A stretch of 62,701 bases of DNA, filler included, from 5 parts of 5 records of this genome joined end to end with filler, not necessarily neighbours in it; one strand, 5' to 3'. Positions 20,985 through 30,684 are shown, counted from the first letter of the whole stretch. The notes: generated by a model not told the origin, from the sequence alone. Numbers and translations are program-made.

Positions 20985-21305
20985 ATGACTGAAATCTTTA
21001 AAAAACCGCTTAATCTTTTCTTGTTGCTTTCGTTCGTGTTAGCTGCTATCTTCTTTCTATTACCGCTTAATTTATTTGATGGTGTAATCGAATATGAAGA
21101 GGGAATGAGATTCTATAAAGAAGAAACTCCACTCAGTCTATCTTACTTTATAGGAATGGGTTATGAAGAATCTGAAATGGAATTTGTGAAGGATTTTTAC
21201 CTCACAACCAAAGGGGTTTTTATGGCTTTTATTTTTATTTTGGGAGTTCCTGGAATCATAACCTATCGTGTTTATTTAAATCGAGAAAGAGAAAAGAAGT
21301 CGTAA
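20985..21305 (+). CDS. Hypothetical two-TM membrane protein
   Basis: Two hydrophobic segments; ATG 20985 preferred because it avoids overlap with the GT4 gene and follows TAACTTCG (20950-20957). Confidence 0.7.
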   Translation: MTEIFKKPLNLFLLLSFVLAAIFFLLPLNLFDGVIEYEEGMRFYKEETPLSLSYFIGMGYEESEMEFVKDFYLTTKGVFMAFIFILGVPGIITYRVYLNREREKKS

Positions 21306-21328
21306 AAACACTATTTGTTGCGACTGGT

Positions 21329-21344
21329 TGTGACCATTGTTACA
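21329..21344. promoter_or_regulatory. Crp/Fnr-like operator TGTGA-N6-TTACA
   Basis: Near-palindrome about 20 nt upstream of the -7 element TAACTTTG (21366-21373) of the rhodanese gene. Confidence 0.5.
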
Positions 21345-21389
21345 TTTCAACCGAGGGAACAGCACTAACTTTGAAGAAAAATTAGAAAT

Positions 21390-21686
21390 ATGTTTGGAAA
21401 ATTATTTAAAAAGACAGATTACAAAGCTTTACTTGACAACGGAGCAATCATTGTAGATGTTCGCGAACCAAGAGAGTATAATGGCGGTGCGATTCCTGGA
21501 TCTCAAAATATTCCACTCGGATCATTAGGCTCTAAAGTAACTGGATTGAAAAGTAAAAACGTTCCAATAATTTGTGTCTGCGCATCAGGTGTGCGTTCTG
21601 GAGCAGCAAAAGCAAAGTTAAAAGCCGCAGGTATCGAAGCCTATAACGGGGGTGGCTGGACCAAGATGATTCCTTATGTGGGATGA
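21390..21686 (+). CDS. Single-domain rhodanese/sulfurtransferase
   Basis: IVDVREPREY..IPGSQNIP and active-site loop CASGVRS. Confidence 0.9.
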   Translation: MFGKLFKKTDYKALLDNGAIIVDVREPREYNGGAIPGSQNIPLGSLGSKVTGLKSKNVPIICVCASGVRSGAAKAKLKAAGIEAYNGGGWTKMIPYVG

Positions 21687-22569
21687 TTATTTGGATATAA
21701 TAATTAAAGCCTACAGTAATACTGCCCACTATTTGTGGAAGATTATTACAACACCTTTTCCCGAAAAAGGAATTAACTCTTTCTATTTTTTAATTCTCAT
21801 ATCGCTTTTTATTTGGGGATTGGAAGTAGTAATTCCTTGGAGAAAAAAACAAGCCGTTTTCAGAAAGGATTTTTGGTTGGATGCATTTTATATGTTTTTC
21901 AATTTTTATCTGTTTAATTTATTGGTGTATGCTGCGCTTTCGAGTGTTTCTGAAAGGGCGCTAATTGATGCACTTTCTCCGTTAGGTTATTCTGGCGAAC
22001 CATTCATTGATTTCTCTGGAATGCCTTGGGGTTGGGAGTTGCTGGTATTCTTTTTAATTGCAGATATTGTGCAGTGGGGAGTTCACAACCTCTTGCATCG
22101 TGTTCCGTTTTTATGGAAATTCCACAAAGTGCATCATTCTGTAAAAGAGATGGGATTCGCAGCGCATCTGCGGTACCATTTTTTGGAAACCTTCGTTTAT
22201 CAAACATTCAAGTATATTTCGCTGTCCATGATCTTTGGATTCTCGTATCAAAACGCATTTATAGTGTATTCTATTACAGTGTTAATTGGACACTTAAATC
22301 ACGCCAATCTTGGTTGGGACTACGGACCTTTGAAATACATCTTGAATAATCCCAAAATGCACATTTGGCATCACGCGAAAGAACTTCCAACCAGTCATCC
22401 AAAAGGAATGAACTTCGGGATTTCATTGAGTTGCTGGGATTACCTTTTTGGAACTTCTTACGTTCCATCCGACGGAAGAGACATTGAGCTTGGATTTGAA
22501 GAAGACGAGCATTATCCAAGTAGTTTTCCTGAACAATTGTTAGATCCATTTAAGTCAAAGAAAACATGA
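21676..22569 (+). CDS. Sterol desaturase/fatty acid hydroxylase family protein
   Basis: His boxes HNLLH, HKVHHS, HLNH and HIWHH; several TM helices. Confidence 0.9.
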   Translation: MWDDYLDIIIKAYSNTAHYLWKIITTPFPEKGINSFYFLILISLFIWGLEVVIPWRKKQAVFRKDFWLDAFYMFFNFYLFNLLVYAALSSVSERALIDALSPLGYSGEPFIDFSGMPWGWELLVFFLIADIVQWGVHNLLHRVPFLWKFHKVHHSVKEMGFAAHLRYHFLETFVYQTFKYISLSMIFGFSYQNAFIVYSITVLIGHLNHANLGWDYGPLKYILNNPKMHIWHHAKELPTSHPKGMNFGISLSCWDYLFGTSYVPSDGRDIELGFEEDEHYPSSFPEQLLDPFKSKKT

Positions 22570-22790
22570 GTCAATTAACACAAATTGCATTAGTAGCTTC
22601 GTTAACATTAGGATTAGCACCTTTTTCACCAGAACCACATATTTGGAAACAAATTTTGAACCTATGGTTGGGACGTCCAATGCCCATGATAGATTGGCTC
22701 GATCTTCTTATGCATGGAGCACCTTGGCTTGCCCTAATTTTCTTTGGGATTCGTGATCTTCGCAAAGCTTCAAAGAAGAGCGCAGAGTAG
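22566..22790 (+). CDS. Small membrane protein (74 aa)
   Basis: ATGA overlap with the desaturase; LTLGLAPF.PEPH and DWLDLLMHG motifs; two hydrophobic segments. Confidence 0.75.
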   Translation: MSQLTQIALVASLTLGLAPFSPEPHIWKQILNLWLGRPMPMIDWLDLLMHGAPWLALIFFGIRDLRKASKKSAE

Positions 22791-22824
22791 AAATCAAATA
22801 AAAAATCAAAAAAAATAATTGTCC

Positions 22825-22852
22825 ATGCAGCGTTTTTTAACGTCGTAGTATC
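22825..22852 (+). promoter_or_regulatory. ECF sigma promoter copy 1 (probably autoregulatory)
   Basis: TGCAGC (22826-22831)-N16-GTATC (22848-22852) upstream of the sigma gene; same design at 24878 and 30653. Confidence 0.78.
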
Positions 22853-22869
22853 ATACGTTATGTATACAC

Positions 22870-23421
22870 GTGAATAATCGCAGCGACAAAGACTTGATAG
22901 AATTGTGCCTGAAAGGAAGGGCACGTGCGCAACATGCGCTATATAATAGGTTTTCCGGTAAGATGTACGCCGTTTGTTTTAGATACGCCAAGAATGCGGA
23001 GGATGCGAAAGATATTTTACAAGAATCCTTTATTCGTGTATTTAACCATTTAGGGGATTTTAAAAATGAAGGCTCCTTCGAAGGCTGGATTCGCAGAATC
23101 ACTGTGAATTGTGCGATTAGACATTATGAGAAAAATCTTAGAAAAGTCGATAAAGAGGATTGGGAGCAATATCCTGAGGCAAGTGTGAATGAAGCGGTTC
23201 TCGACAGCATGAGTGCCGAGGAGATAATTAAAGTAATCAATACTTTACCAGATGGTTATAGAATTGTATTCAACTTATACGCGATAGAAGGCTACAGTCA
23301 TAAAGAAATTGCGACACAGTTGAATATCGGAGAAAGTGCTTCTAGGTCACAGCTCGCTAGAGCTAGGGCGCAATTAGCAGGATTATTGGAACCAAAGAAA
23401 AATGAATCAGTGGCATGTTAG
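22870..23421 (+). CDS. ECF RNA polymerase sigma factor
   Basis: Region 2 DAKDILQESF..SFEGWIRRI and region 4 LPDGYRIVFNLYAIEGYSHKEIA..SRSQLARAR. Confidence 0.95.
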   Translation: MNNRSDKDLIELCLKGRARAQHALYNRFSGKMYAVCFRYAKNAEDAKDILQESFIRVFNHLGDFKNEGSFEGWIRRITVNCAIRHYEKNLRKVDKEDWEQYPEASVNEAVLDSMSAEEIIKVINTLPDGYRIVFNLYAIEGYSHKEIATQLNIGESASRSQLARARAQLAGLLEPKKNESVAC

Positions 23422-24863
23422 ATAATCAAACCCCAATGGATAAGCGACTAAGGGAAAAATTTGAGTCGTTCGAGATGATTCCTCCAGAGACAGTTTGGGA
23501 GGGAATCAAAATGTCCCTAAAAACAAGAGGTGGAATGGCTAGTTGGCTTTATTTCGTTCCAGCTATTCTGTTCTTCACTTTCTTTACTATTCATGCATCT
23601 TTCGGAGACAATAAAATCGCTTACAAGAATCCGAACGCATTAAAGTCAGAGAATAATCTACCATTTATTGATGCTCAAGAACTAACTGGAAAAGAAAATC
23701 TCAATCCGAGTACAGACACGGATAAATATTCAATCGAATCTTCAATTATTGAGTTGGACTCCGAGAAGTACAGTGAGAAATATAGTGCCTTGAGTGCTAT
23801 GAATCATTCAAATTCGACTGGAAAACAAAAGCCGCGTGACATAAGATTTAATGGAGTTGCGAAATCTGGAATGCAATCTCCTGGAAAAGTAAGAGCGAGT
23901 GTTCCAAGTAATGAACCGCGCTCTGGTTCAAGATCGGCAACAACGACTACTGGGACTACCCCAACACCATTTGTTTCTCGTTATTTGAGTGATGAGGAAG
24001 AAAATCGTCCATACAGCAGTTTATTGACTCTTCCTAAAAGAGAATTAAAAGCATATTATTTTATTAATTCGGCAAATCCAACTGAATCAGCAGTAAGTTC
24101 TGTGCGTCCTAAAAAGCAAATGCCTAGTCTTTTTGATCGATTTTCAATTGACGGTGGTGTAGGAGTATCGACCTTCCGAATAACTCCCACGGATAAAAAT
24201 AGCCCTGAATTAAAGTCGATTGTGAGTCAATGGAATTCTGGAGAAATAGGATTTGGAGCTCAACTAGGGATCAATTACGCTTTTCGTGGAAACTATGGAG
24301 TTAGCGCAGGAATTGAAGTGATCTCACAAAAAAACAAATTGGTTGGAGAAATAACAGAGACGCAAACGAGCCAATTTATTGATACGGTTGGCTACGATAC
24401 TGACTCCTTATACAATACGCAAGATTCGATGTGGTATGTAGATACGACTTGGAATGTGAGTATTATTGAAACCACAACATTGTCTACTTCACAAATCAAC
24501 GCAAGAAATAGAAGTACTATGCTGATTATTCCTTTCTCGTTTTCATTTCGTAAAAGCCTCGGAGTTCGTTCCTCTTTAGAATTTAATCTTGGCGGATCTC
24601 TTGGGATTTATCAAGAAGGAAGTGGGCAGGTTGTTACGAATAGTTCGGGACAATTAGTTTCTTTAGAAAATGCCTATCGAAAGAAAGGGCAATTGATGAT
24701 GAATGCATCTGTAAAGTACCTGTATCAGATCAGTCTGAAGCAAGCATTATATGTGGAACCGAGAATAGGTATCGGAACGAACAACTTCTATCAATCTTCT
24801 TTTGAGTATAAATCGCGCATTTCTCAACTTGGAATTAAAGTGGGCTACAGAGTTTATCTCTAG
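23415..24863 (+). CDS. Putative anti-sigma factor with TM helix, long linker and C-terminal outer-membrane beta-barrel
   Basis: Overlaps the sigma stop; N-terminal DKRLREKFESFEMIPPETVWEGI, one TM helix, S/T/P-rich linker, amphipathic strands ending LGIKVGYRVYL. Confidence 0.75.
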   Translation: MLDNQTPMDKRLREKFESFEMIPPETVWEGIKMSLKTRGGMASWLYFVPAILFFTFFTIHASFGDNKIAYKNPNALKSENNLPFIDAQELTGKENLNPSTDTDKYSIESSIIELDSEKYSEKYSALSAMNHSNSTGKQKPRDIRFNGVAKSGMQSPGKVRASVPSNEPRSGSRSATTTTGTTPTPFVSRYLSDEEENRPYSSLLTLPKRELKAYYFINSANPTESAVSSVRPKKQMPSLFDRFSIDGGVGVSTFRITPTDKNSPELKSIVSQWNSGEIGFGAQLGINYAFRGNYGVSAGIEVISQKNKLVGEITETQTSQFIDTVGYDTDSLYNTQDSMWYVDTTWNVSIIETTTLSTSQINARNRSTMLIIPFSFSFRKSLGVRSSLEFNLGGSLGIYQEGSGQVVTNSSGQLVSLENAYRKKGQLMMNASVKYLYQISLKQALYVEPRIGIGTNNFYQSSFEYKSRISQLGIKVGYRVYL

Positions 24864-24876
24864 TTAATATTAATCC

Positions 24877-24904
24877 ATGCAGCGTTTACAATTAGGTAAG
24901 TATC
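24877..24904 (+). promoter_or_regulatory. ECF sigma promoter copy 2
   Basis: TGCAGC (24878-24883)-N16-GTATC (24900-24904), about 30 nt before ATG 24934. Confidence 0.78.
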
Positions 24905-24933
24905 TATTCAGGTATAAACTAATTTGAAAATCT

Positions 24934-25764
24934 ATGAAAAACGCAATTCTTTTGTCTGCACTGATCCTGATAAGCTTCGTCGGGCGAACGCAATGCCAAG
25001 CAAACTTTACTACTTCTATTACTAATGGAACGGTAGATTTTACAAATACATCTACGGGTAATTCGCTAAGTTATTATTGGAACTTTGGGGACGGATTTTC
25101 ATCTACTTCTCAGAATCCAACGCATACGTACACTGCAGTTGGTGGATACACAACTTGTCTAGCGATTTATTCCGACGATAGTTTGTGCCAAGAAGTATTT
25201 TGCGATTCGATAGAAATAATCACTATTGATTCAGTTGGGACTGGGTGTGTGACTTCTGCAGACATCTTTTCTAATGGTTGGAGTATTTTTGGGAACAACA
25301 CTTCTGTGGGAGGAAACTATTATTATTGGACGGTATTCGATTATACAAATACAGCAGTTTTTTCAAGTGGAACAGTAAACTTGAGTTATTTCCCAACCGC
25401 TTCTGGAACCTATAATGTGTGCTTAGATGCTTATGATGCATCAACAAACCCATGTGGAATGGTGTGCGAGCTTATTTACTTTGATATTGACAGTTTAGAT
25501 AGCAACCTTGGTTACTTTCTGGACGTGTTGAGTTTTAAGATTTATCCTAATCCTGTGAAGGAAGAATTGACTGTAAAAATAGATGGAGGAGGAGAATACA
25601 TAGCGAGATTAAGAGACCTTTCTGGGAGAGAAATGGGGACGTTCGAAGTGACGAATGAATTAACGCGAATAGACTTATCGAGTTTTGCATCGGGCTTTTA
25701 TGTTTTAAATGTATCAGATGTGTCTAATAAAACGGTTTATACAGAGAGGATTTTAAAAAATTAG
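24934..25764 (+). CDS. PKD-domain protein with T9SS type A sorting domain
   Basis: Signal peptide; PKD motif YYWNFGDG..NPTHTY; CTD IYPNP..GFYVLNV..RILKN. Confidence 0.85.
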   Translation: MKNAILLSALILISFVGRTQCQANFTTSITNGTVDFTNTSTGNSLSYYWNFGDGFSSTSQNPTHTYTAVGGYTTCLAIYSDDSLCQEVFCDSIEIITIDSVGTGCVTSADIFSNGWSIFGNNTSVGGNYYYWTVFDYTNTAVFSSGTVNLSYFPTASGTYNVCLDAYDASTNPCGMVCELIYFDIDSLDSNLGYFLDVLSFKIYPNPVKEELTVKIDGGGEYIARLRDLSGREMGTFEVTNELTRIDLSSFASGFYVLNVSDVSNKTVYTERILKN

Positions 25765-25800
25765 GTCTCTAAAAGCGAATTTAGACCCAAAAAATGAAAT

Positions 25801-25832
25801 AAAATTGCAGTCCTGTTTGGGGCTGCAATTTT
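25801..25832. terminator. Intrinsic terminator
   Basis: AAAATTGCAGTCC..GGGCTGCAATTTT. Confidence 0.75.
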
Positions 25833-26005
25833 GCGTTTTAGAGGTCTTAAAATCAAAAGTATGAGCAAAATCAAGGCTTTCAACTTAATATTTATTTGTT
25901 AAATAATTTGTTAAAAGGTAATATTAAGTTAATTTATTAACAATCAAATTAATTAACAAAAAGCGTCATTTCTTTCGCATACTTTCGCTGAAAAATTCAA
26001 CATTT

Positions 26006-29000
26006 ATGAAACACTACTACAAGTTAAAAGCGAGTCTGACACTCTCTTGTTTTTTTCTGATACTTTGCTGTCAGTCAATCTCTTTCAGTCAGATTTCGTT
26101 AACGGCCTCGGGAGGAACTCCGGCAGGTACGTTCGCAACAGTCAACGATGCTTTCGTTGCAATCAATGCGGGAACGCATACAGGTAATATCGTCATTTCC
26201 GTCAATGGAAATACCATCGAGCCAGCAACACCTGTTGCCCTTGCCGCGAGTGGTCAGGGATCAACCTCGTATTCAGATGTATTGATTAAGCCAACCGTTG
26301 TTGCAACTATTACTGGTACAACCACTGCTGGATCAGCCGTGATCAACCTTGACGGAGCCGACTTCGTGACGATTGATGGAAGTATCGCAATAGGTGGAAC
26401 AACACGTGATTTAACAATTCAGAACACTGCTGCTAACACAATTGGAAATACGGCAGCAATTCGTATGATTGGTAGAACAACGCTTGGATTGGGAGCTACC
26501 AATAACTCCATTATTAACTGTAACATTATCGGAAATACTCCCGGAAGCAATGGACTTTCAGGTTCTACGGTAACGAATAGTTATGGAATTTATGCAGGTT
26601 CCACTGTAGCGACTACCATGGTAAATGGCACTGGAGGCGCTGATTATGATAACATCACAATTAGCAATAACGCGATCAGTAGTGCGTATGTTGGTATTCA
26701 CGTTGCGGGACTCGTAAGTCCAAACCAAGCGGACAACTTGATCGTTACAGGAAATACCATTGGTAATGCGGTTACTGGTACGAGAATTGGTTTTAAAGGA
26801 TTTATCGGGAATCAACTAGTTGGTGGTAACTTTACCAATAATACTGTTTTTGGAATTCTTTCAACTGCTTCTGTGAATCTTGCAGGAGTTGAAGTAGGAG
26901 GAGCTGCCACTTCAGGTTTCCAAATAAGACGAAATACTATTTATGATATTCAACAAAATAGTACAAACCAATACGGAGCTTATGGTGTGAATGTAGTATT
27001 GGGAACTGGTGTTGTAGTTTCGAACAATGTGATTCATGGAGTTAGTTCGGTAAACTATAGCAGCACATCAACAACATGGCAAGCATACGGAATTCGTTTG
27101 GCTGGAGGAACTGGTCACCAATTATACTACAACAGTGTAAACATGTACGGAAACTATACCAATGTTGCTGGTGGAGCCTTTTCTGCTGCACTTGTAGTAA
27201 CAGGTACTGGTGTTGTTGGTTTAGATATTAGAAATAATATTTTCGCGAATAGAATGACAACTACAGAAACGACTAACGTTGAGTTTTTGGCAATGTCCTT
27301 TCCTACGTCATACAACTTTACAACAACAAACCTTGAGCGAAACGCATACATGGTTACGCCTGATGCACAACATTTCGTAGGAAAAATTGGAGCAACATTT
27401 GGAACAACGAACTACAGTGGATTAGTAGCTTGGAGAGCTATTTCGCAAACGGCTAACGCAGCGAATGATGTGAATTCTCAGCCTGGATCAGGAAACGCGA
27501 ATGCTCCGTTTACTTCTAATACTGACTTGACAATTCCTGCAGCAACTATTACAGTGCTAGAAAGTACAGGTTTGCCAGTTGCATCATTAGGATTACCAAA
27601 CGTGGATAGAAATAGCATTAGCCGTCCTGCTGGAACTGGAACAGATCCAGATTTAGGAGCGTATGAATTCGACGGTTCACAACCAGGCGATCTTGTTTCT
27701 CCAGTGATCTCTGGTGTAACTGCAACTCCTGGAGCATCTTGTACAACAGTTAGTCACGCAGTTACAGCAACTGTAACAGATAACGTAGGTGTAACAGTTG
27801 TAACACTTAATTATAGCTTTGGTGGAGTGGCACAAACTCCGATTACAATGACGCTAGCTTCAGGAACGGCTTCAAATGGAACATACTCAGGTACTATTCC
27901 AGCTGCTCCAAGTGCAAACGTAGCTGTTACGTATTCGATAACCGCACAAGATGCAACGCCTAATTATGCAACACCAGTTGCAGGGACATCTTATACGGAT
28001 CAATACCTTATTGTAACGGCTAGCGCGGACGTAACGATTAACACAGGAGCACCAACAACGATCAATGCTTCTGCAAATACTGCAGCGTTTACTTCGGCTC
28101 TTATTTCAGAGATAGTCCAATATAAAACTGGAACAGGAGACGGAACATATCCAGCTTATATTCCTACAACGGACAACGATTTCATAGAGATTTCTAACAT
28201 TAGAACAACTCCGCTCGACGTTTCAGGTTATACATTAACTATTTACGGTGGAGTAACGGGGTCTTATACAATTCCAGCGGCTACTACAATTCCAGCTGGA
28301 GGTGTACTAACGTTGGCATTCGCAGCAACTACGAACAGTCCTGCAAATAACTACTTTGGAATGGGACTTCTTACAACTTCTTCCAATGTTGCGAACGGAT
28401 ATGTATTGAGAAGCAATTCAGGAAGTATCATAGATGTTGTTGCAACAAACGGTTATACATTCCTTGCTGCAAGTGGCGTTACTTCTGCTCACTGGTCTGG
28501 AAACCTTGCAAGCTCATCTGGTTTAGCTGGAGTTCGACGTACAGCTGCGTTAGACAATAACGTAGCAAGTGATTGGACACTTTCTTCTGCTGCAAACCTT
28601 ACGAATATTGGGGTTTACAACTCTCAAATTACGCAGAGTTCAGTTGCACCAACAATTACGTGGACGAATAACTTCAACGCAGTAGTTACTACGGTGAATC
28701 CACTTACTGTTTCTTTCCCAACAGCAGGAGTTTATACATACACAGCTACTTTTACGGATGGTACATGTACAGCTTCAGATGACGTAGTGATTACAGTAAT
28801 GGATCCAACAATTCCAGTGGCTAACTTTATGGCTACACCAGTAACAGGTTCAGCACCGTTAACAGTTACGTTTACTGATCAGTCTACAAACATTCCTACA
28901 GGATGGTCTTGGGTAGTTACACCGTCTGCTGGAGTTACTTATGTGTCTGCAACGACTAATACATCTCAGAACCCAGTAATGTCATTTGCGAACGCTGGAA

Positions 29001-30544
29001 TGTACACGATTACGTTAGCAGCATCGAATTCTGCAGGTATGGATGATACAACTAGAGTTCAATACATAAATGTGAACATTTGTGCATCTAACGCGACAAA
29101 TCCAGCAGATACAGATATCGGAAACATTACTTTTGGGGCATTGAACAACGGAACAGGTACTCCAACATTCAGTAATCCAACTTCAATTGCAACGTACACG
29201 AATAACACTGCTTTACCTGCGGTTAGTTTTGGTGTAGGAGCAACGTACCCAATTTCAATCACTCAGATTACTGGCGGAACGACGTTCTATAACGCACACG
29301 CTAACGTATTTATCGACTACAATAACGACGGTGGATTTGATCCTATAACCGAGCGTGTTTTCAACGGAGCAACATCTAGTGTTGGACCAGTTGCAGTAGT
29401 ATCTGGTTCGGTAACGATTCCTCTTACAGCAACACTTGGTAACGTAAGAATGCGCGTTATTCTTCAAGAAGGTGGTACAGCTACTTCGCCTCCATGTGGA
29501 ACTTACGGATACGGTGAAACAGAAGATTATATTATTAATCTTGTGTGCAATTCAACGAGCCCAGCGGCAACTCCAGTAACAATTTGTTCGGGAGATGATG
29601 CAATCTTTAACGCTTCAGGAAATAGTGTTCAATGGTACTCAGATAACGTATCTACTACAGTGCTTGCTTCTGGACCGACGTTTAATGCTGGAGCTCTTAC
29701 TTCTGGAACTTCTTATTTCGCTTCCACTACTGATCCTGGATGTGCGGAAAGTGCTCGTACGGAGTTTGTACTTACAGTGAATCAACCATCTTCGTCTTCT
29801 CAAGTAGAATCTGCTTGTGGATCTTATGCTTGGGCAGCAAGTGGAACTACATATTACGCTTCTGGCTTATACGCTGATACACTTGTAAATGCAGCGGGTT
29901 GTGATTCTGTTGTTACACTTGATCTAACAATTTTCCCAATATCAAGTACGGCAGTATCGCAAACAGAATGTGGACAGTACACGTGGCCAGTAAATGGAAC
30001 AACTTACACAGCAAGTGGAACATACTCTGCATTTTTTACAAGTTCAGCTGGTTGTGATTCTACAGTAACTCTTTCTTTAACAGTTGTGAATCCTAACAAC
30101 GCGGTTACAGTATCTGGAGGAACACTTACTTCTTCTCAAGGATCGGCTACTTACCAATGGATTAATTGTGCTGGGAACACACCAATTGCTGGTGCAACTT
30201 CACAGTCATTTACTCCAACAGTGAATGGTAGCTATGCGGTGATTGTTACAGTTGATGGATGTACAATCACAACTGCTTGTACAACAATTAACAACGTTGG
30301 TATGGGTGAGAATGAGTTGTCGAATGTGACGATTGCTCCAAACCCAACTCAAAATTATGTTACAATTACATTTGAAGTTTCTACAGCACAAATCGCTGTG
30401 CTCGATGTAAACGGAAAAATGTTGATGTCAAAGGCAATTGTTTCAGGAGATCAAGTAGATCTTTCAGACTTCGATTATGGTGTGTATTTCTTCACAATTA
30501 CAACTGGAGAATTGACAACTGTAAAGCGAGTTGTGAAACAATAA
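26006..30544 (+). CDS. Large T9SS-secreted surface protein (beta-helix-like, lamin-tail-like, PKD, GEVED and Ig-like domains)
   Basis: Signal peptide; N/I/G-rich beta-helix repeats; DFIEISN..LDVSGYTL; PKD VTFTDQST..W; YGETEDY; GCDS repeats; CTD IAPNP..VKRVVKQ. Confidence 0.85.
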   Translation: MKHYYKLKASLTLSCFFLILCCQSISFSQISLTASGGTPAGTFATVNDAFVAINAGTHTGNIVISVNGNTIEPATPVALAASGQGSTSYSDVLIKPTVVATITGTTTAGSAVINLDGADFVTIDGSIAIGGTTRDLTIQNTAANTIGNTAAIRMIGRTTLGLGATNNSIINCNIIGNTPGSNGLSGSTVTNSYGIYAGSTVATTMVNGTGGADYDNITISNNAISSAYVGIHVAGLVSPNQADNLIVTGNTIGNAVTGTRIGFKGFIGNQLVGGNFTNNTVFGILSTASVNLAGVEVGGAATSGFQIRRNTIYDIQQNSTNQYGAYGVNVVLGTGVVVSNNVIHGVSSVNYSSTSTTWQAYGIRLAGGTGHQLYYNSVNMYGNYTNVAGGAFSAALVVTGTGVVGLDIRNNIFANRMTTTETTNVEFLAMSFPTSYNFTTTNLERNAYMVTPDAQHFVGKIGATFGTTNYSGLVAWRAISQTANAANDVNSQPGSGNANAPFTSNTDLTIPAATITVLESTGLPVASLGLPNVDRNSISRPAGTGTDPDLGAYEFDGSQPGDLVSPVISGVTATPGASCTTVSHAVTATVTDNVGVTVVTLNYSFGGVAQTPITMTLASGTASNGTYSGTIPAAPSANVAVTYSITAQDATPNYATPVAGTSYTDQYLIVTASADVTINTGAPTTINASANTAAFTSALISEIVQYKTGTGDGTYPAYIPTTDNDFIEISNIRTTPLDVSGYTLTIYGGVTGSYTIPAATTIPAGGVLTLAFAATTNSPANNYFGMGLLTTSSNVANGYVLRSNSGSIIDVVATNGYTFLAASGVTSAHWSGNLASSSGLAGVRRTAALDNNVASDWTLSSAANLTNIGVYNSQITQSSVAPTITWTNNFNAVVTTVNPLTVSFPTAGVYTYTATFTDGTCTASDDVVITVMDPTIPVANFMATPVTGSAPLTVTFTDQSTNIPTGWSWVVTPSAGVTYVSATTNTSQNPVMSFANAGMYTITLAASNSAGMDDTTRVQYINVNICASNATNPADTDIGNITFGALNNGTGTPTFSNPTSIATYTNNTALPAVSFGVGATYPISITQITGGTTFYNAHANVFIDYNNDGGFDPITERVFNGATSSVGPVAVVSGSVTIPLTATLGNVRMRVILQEGGTATSPPCGTYGYGETEDYIINLVCNSTSPAATPVTICSGDDAIFNASGNSVQWYSDNVSTTVLASGPTFNAGALTSGTSYFASTTDPGCAESARTEFVLTVNQPSSSSQVESACGSYAWAASGTTYYASGLYADTLVNAAGCDSVVTLDLTIFPISSTAVSQTECGQYTWPVNGTTYTASGTYSAFFTSSAGCDSTVTLSLTVVNPNNAVTVSGGTLTSSQGSATYQWINCAGNTPIAGATSQSFTPTVNGSYAVIVTVDGCTITTACTTINNVGMGENELSNVTIAPNPTQNYVTITFEVSTAQIAVLDVNGKMLMSKAIVSGDQVDLSDFDYGVYFFTITTGELTTVKRVVKQ

Positions 30545-30562
30545 TTGAGATAAATAATAGAG

Positions 30563-30593
30563 AAAAAGACCGTCTGAAAAGGCGGTCTTTTTT
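30563..30593 (+). terminator. Intrinsic terminator of the large T9SS gene
   Basis: AAAAAGACCGTC-TGAAAA-GGCGGTCTTTTT. Confidence 0.85.
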
Positions 30594-30651
30594 GTTTGTA
30601 ATGGCTTTAAAAAATCTGCTAACAAGAGGGATAAAATGTTTCTCTGATTGG

Positions 30652-30679
30652 ATGCAGCGTTTTTCGAACAGAGTGTATC
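30652..30679 (+). promoter_or_regulatory. ECF sigma promoter copy 3 (no downstream ORF)
   Basis: TGCAGC (30653-30658)-N16-GTATC (30675-30679). Confidence 0.72.
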
Positions 30680-30684
30680 TGTAT

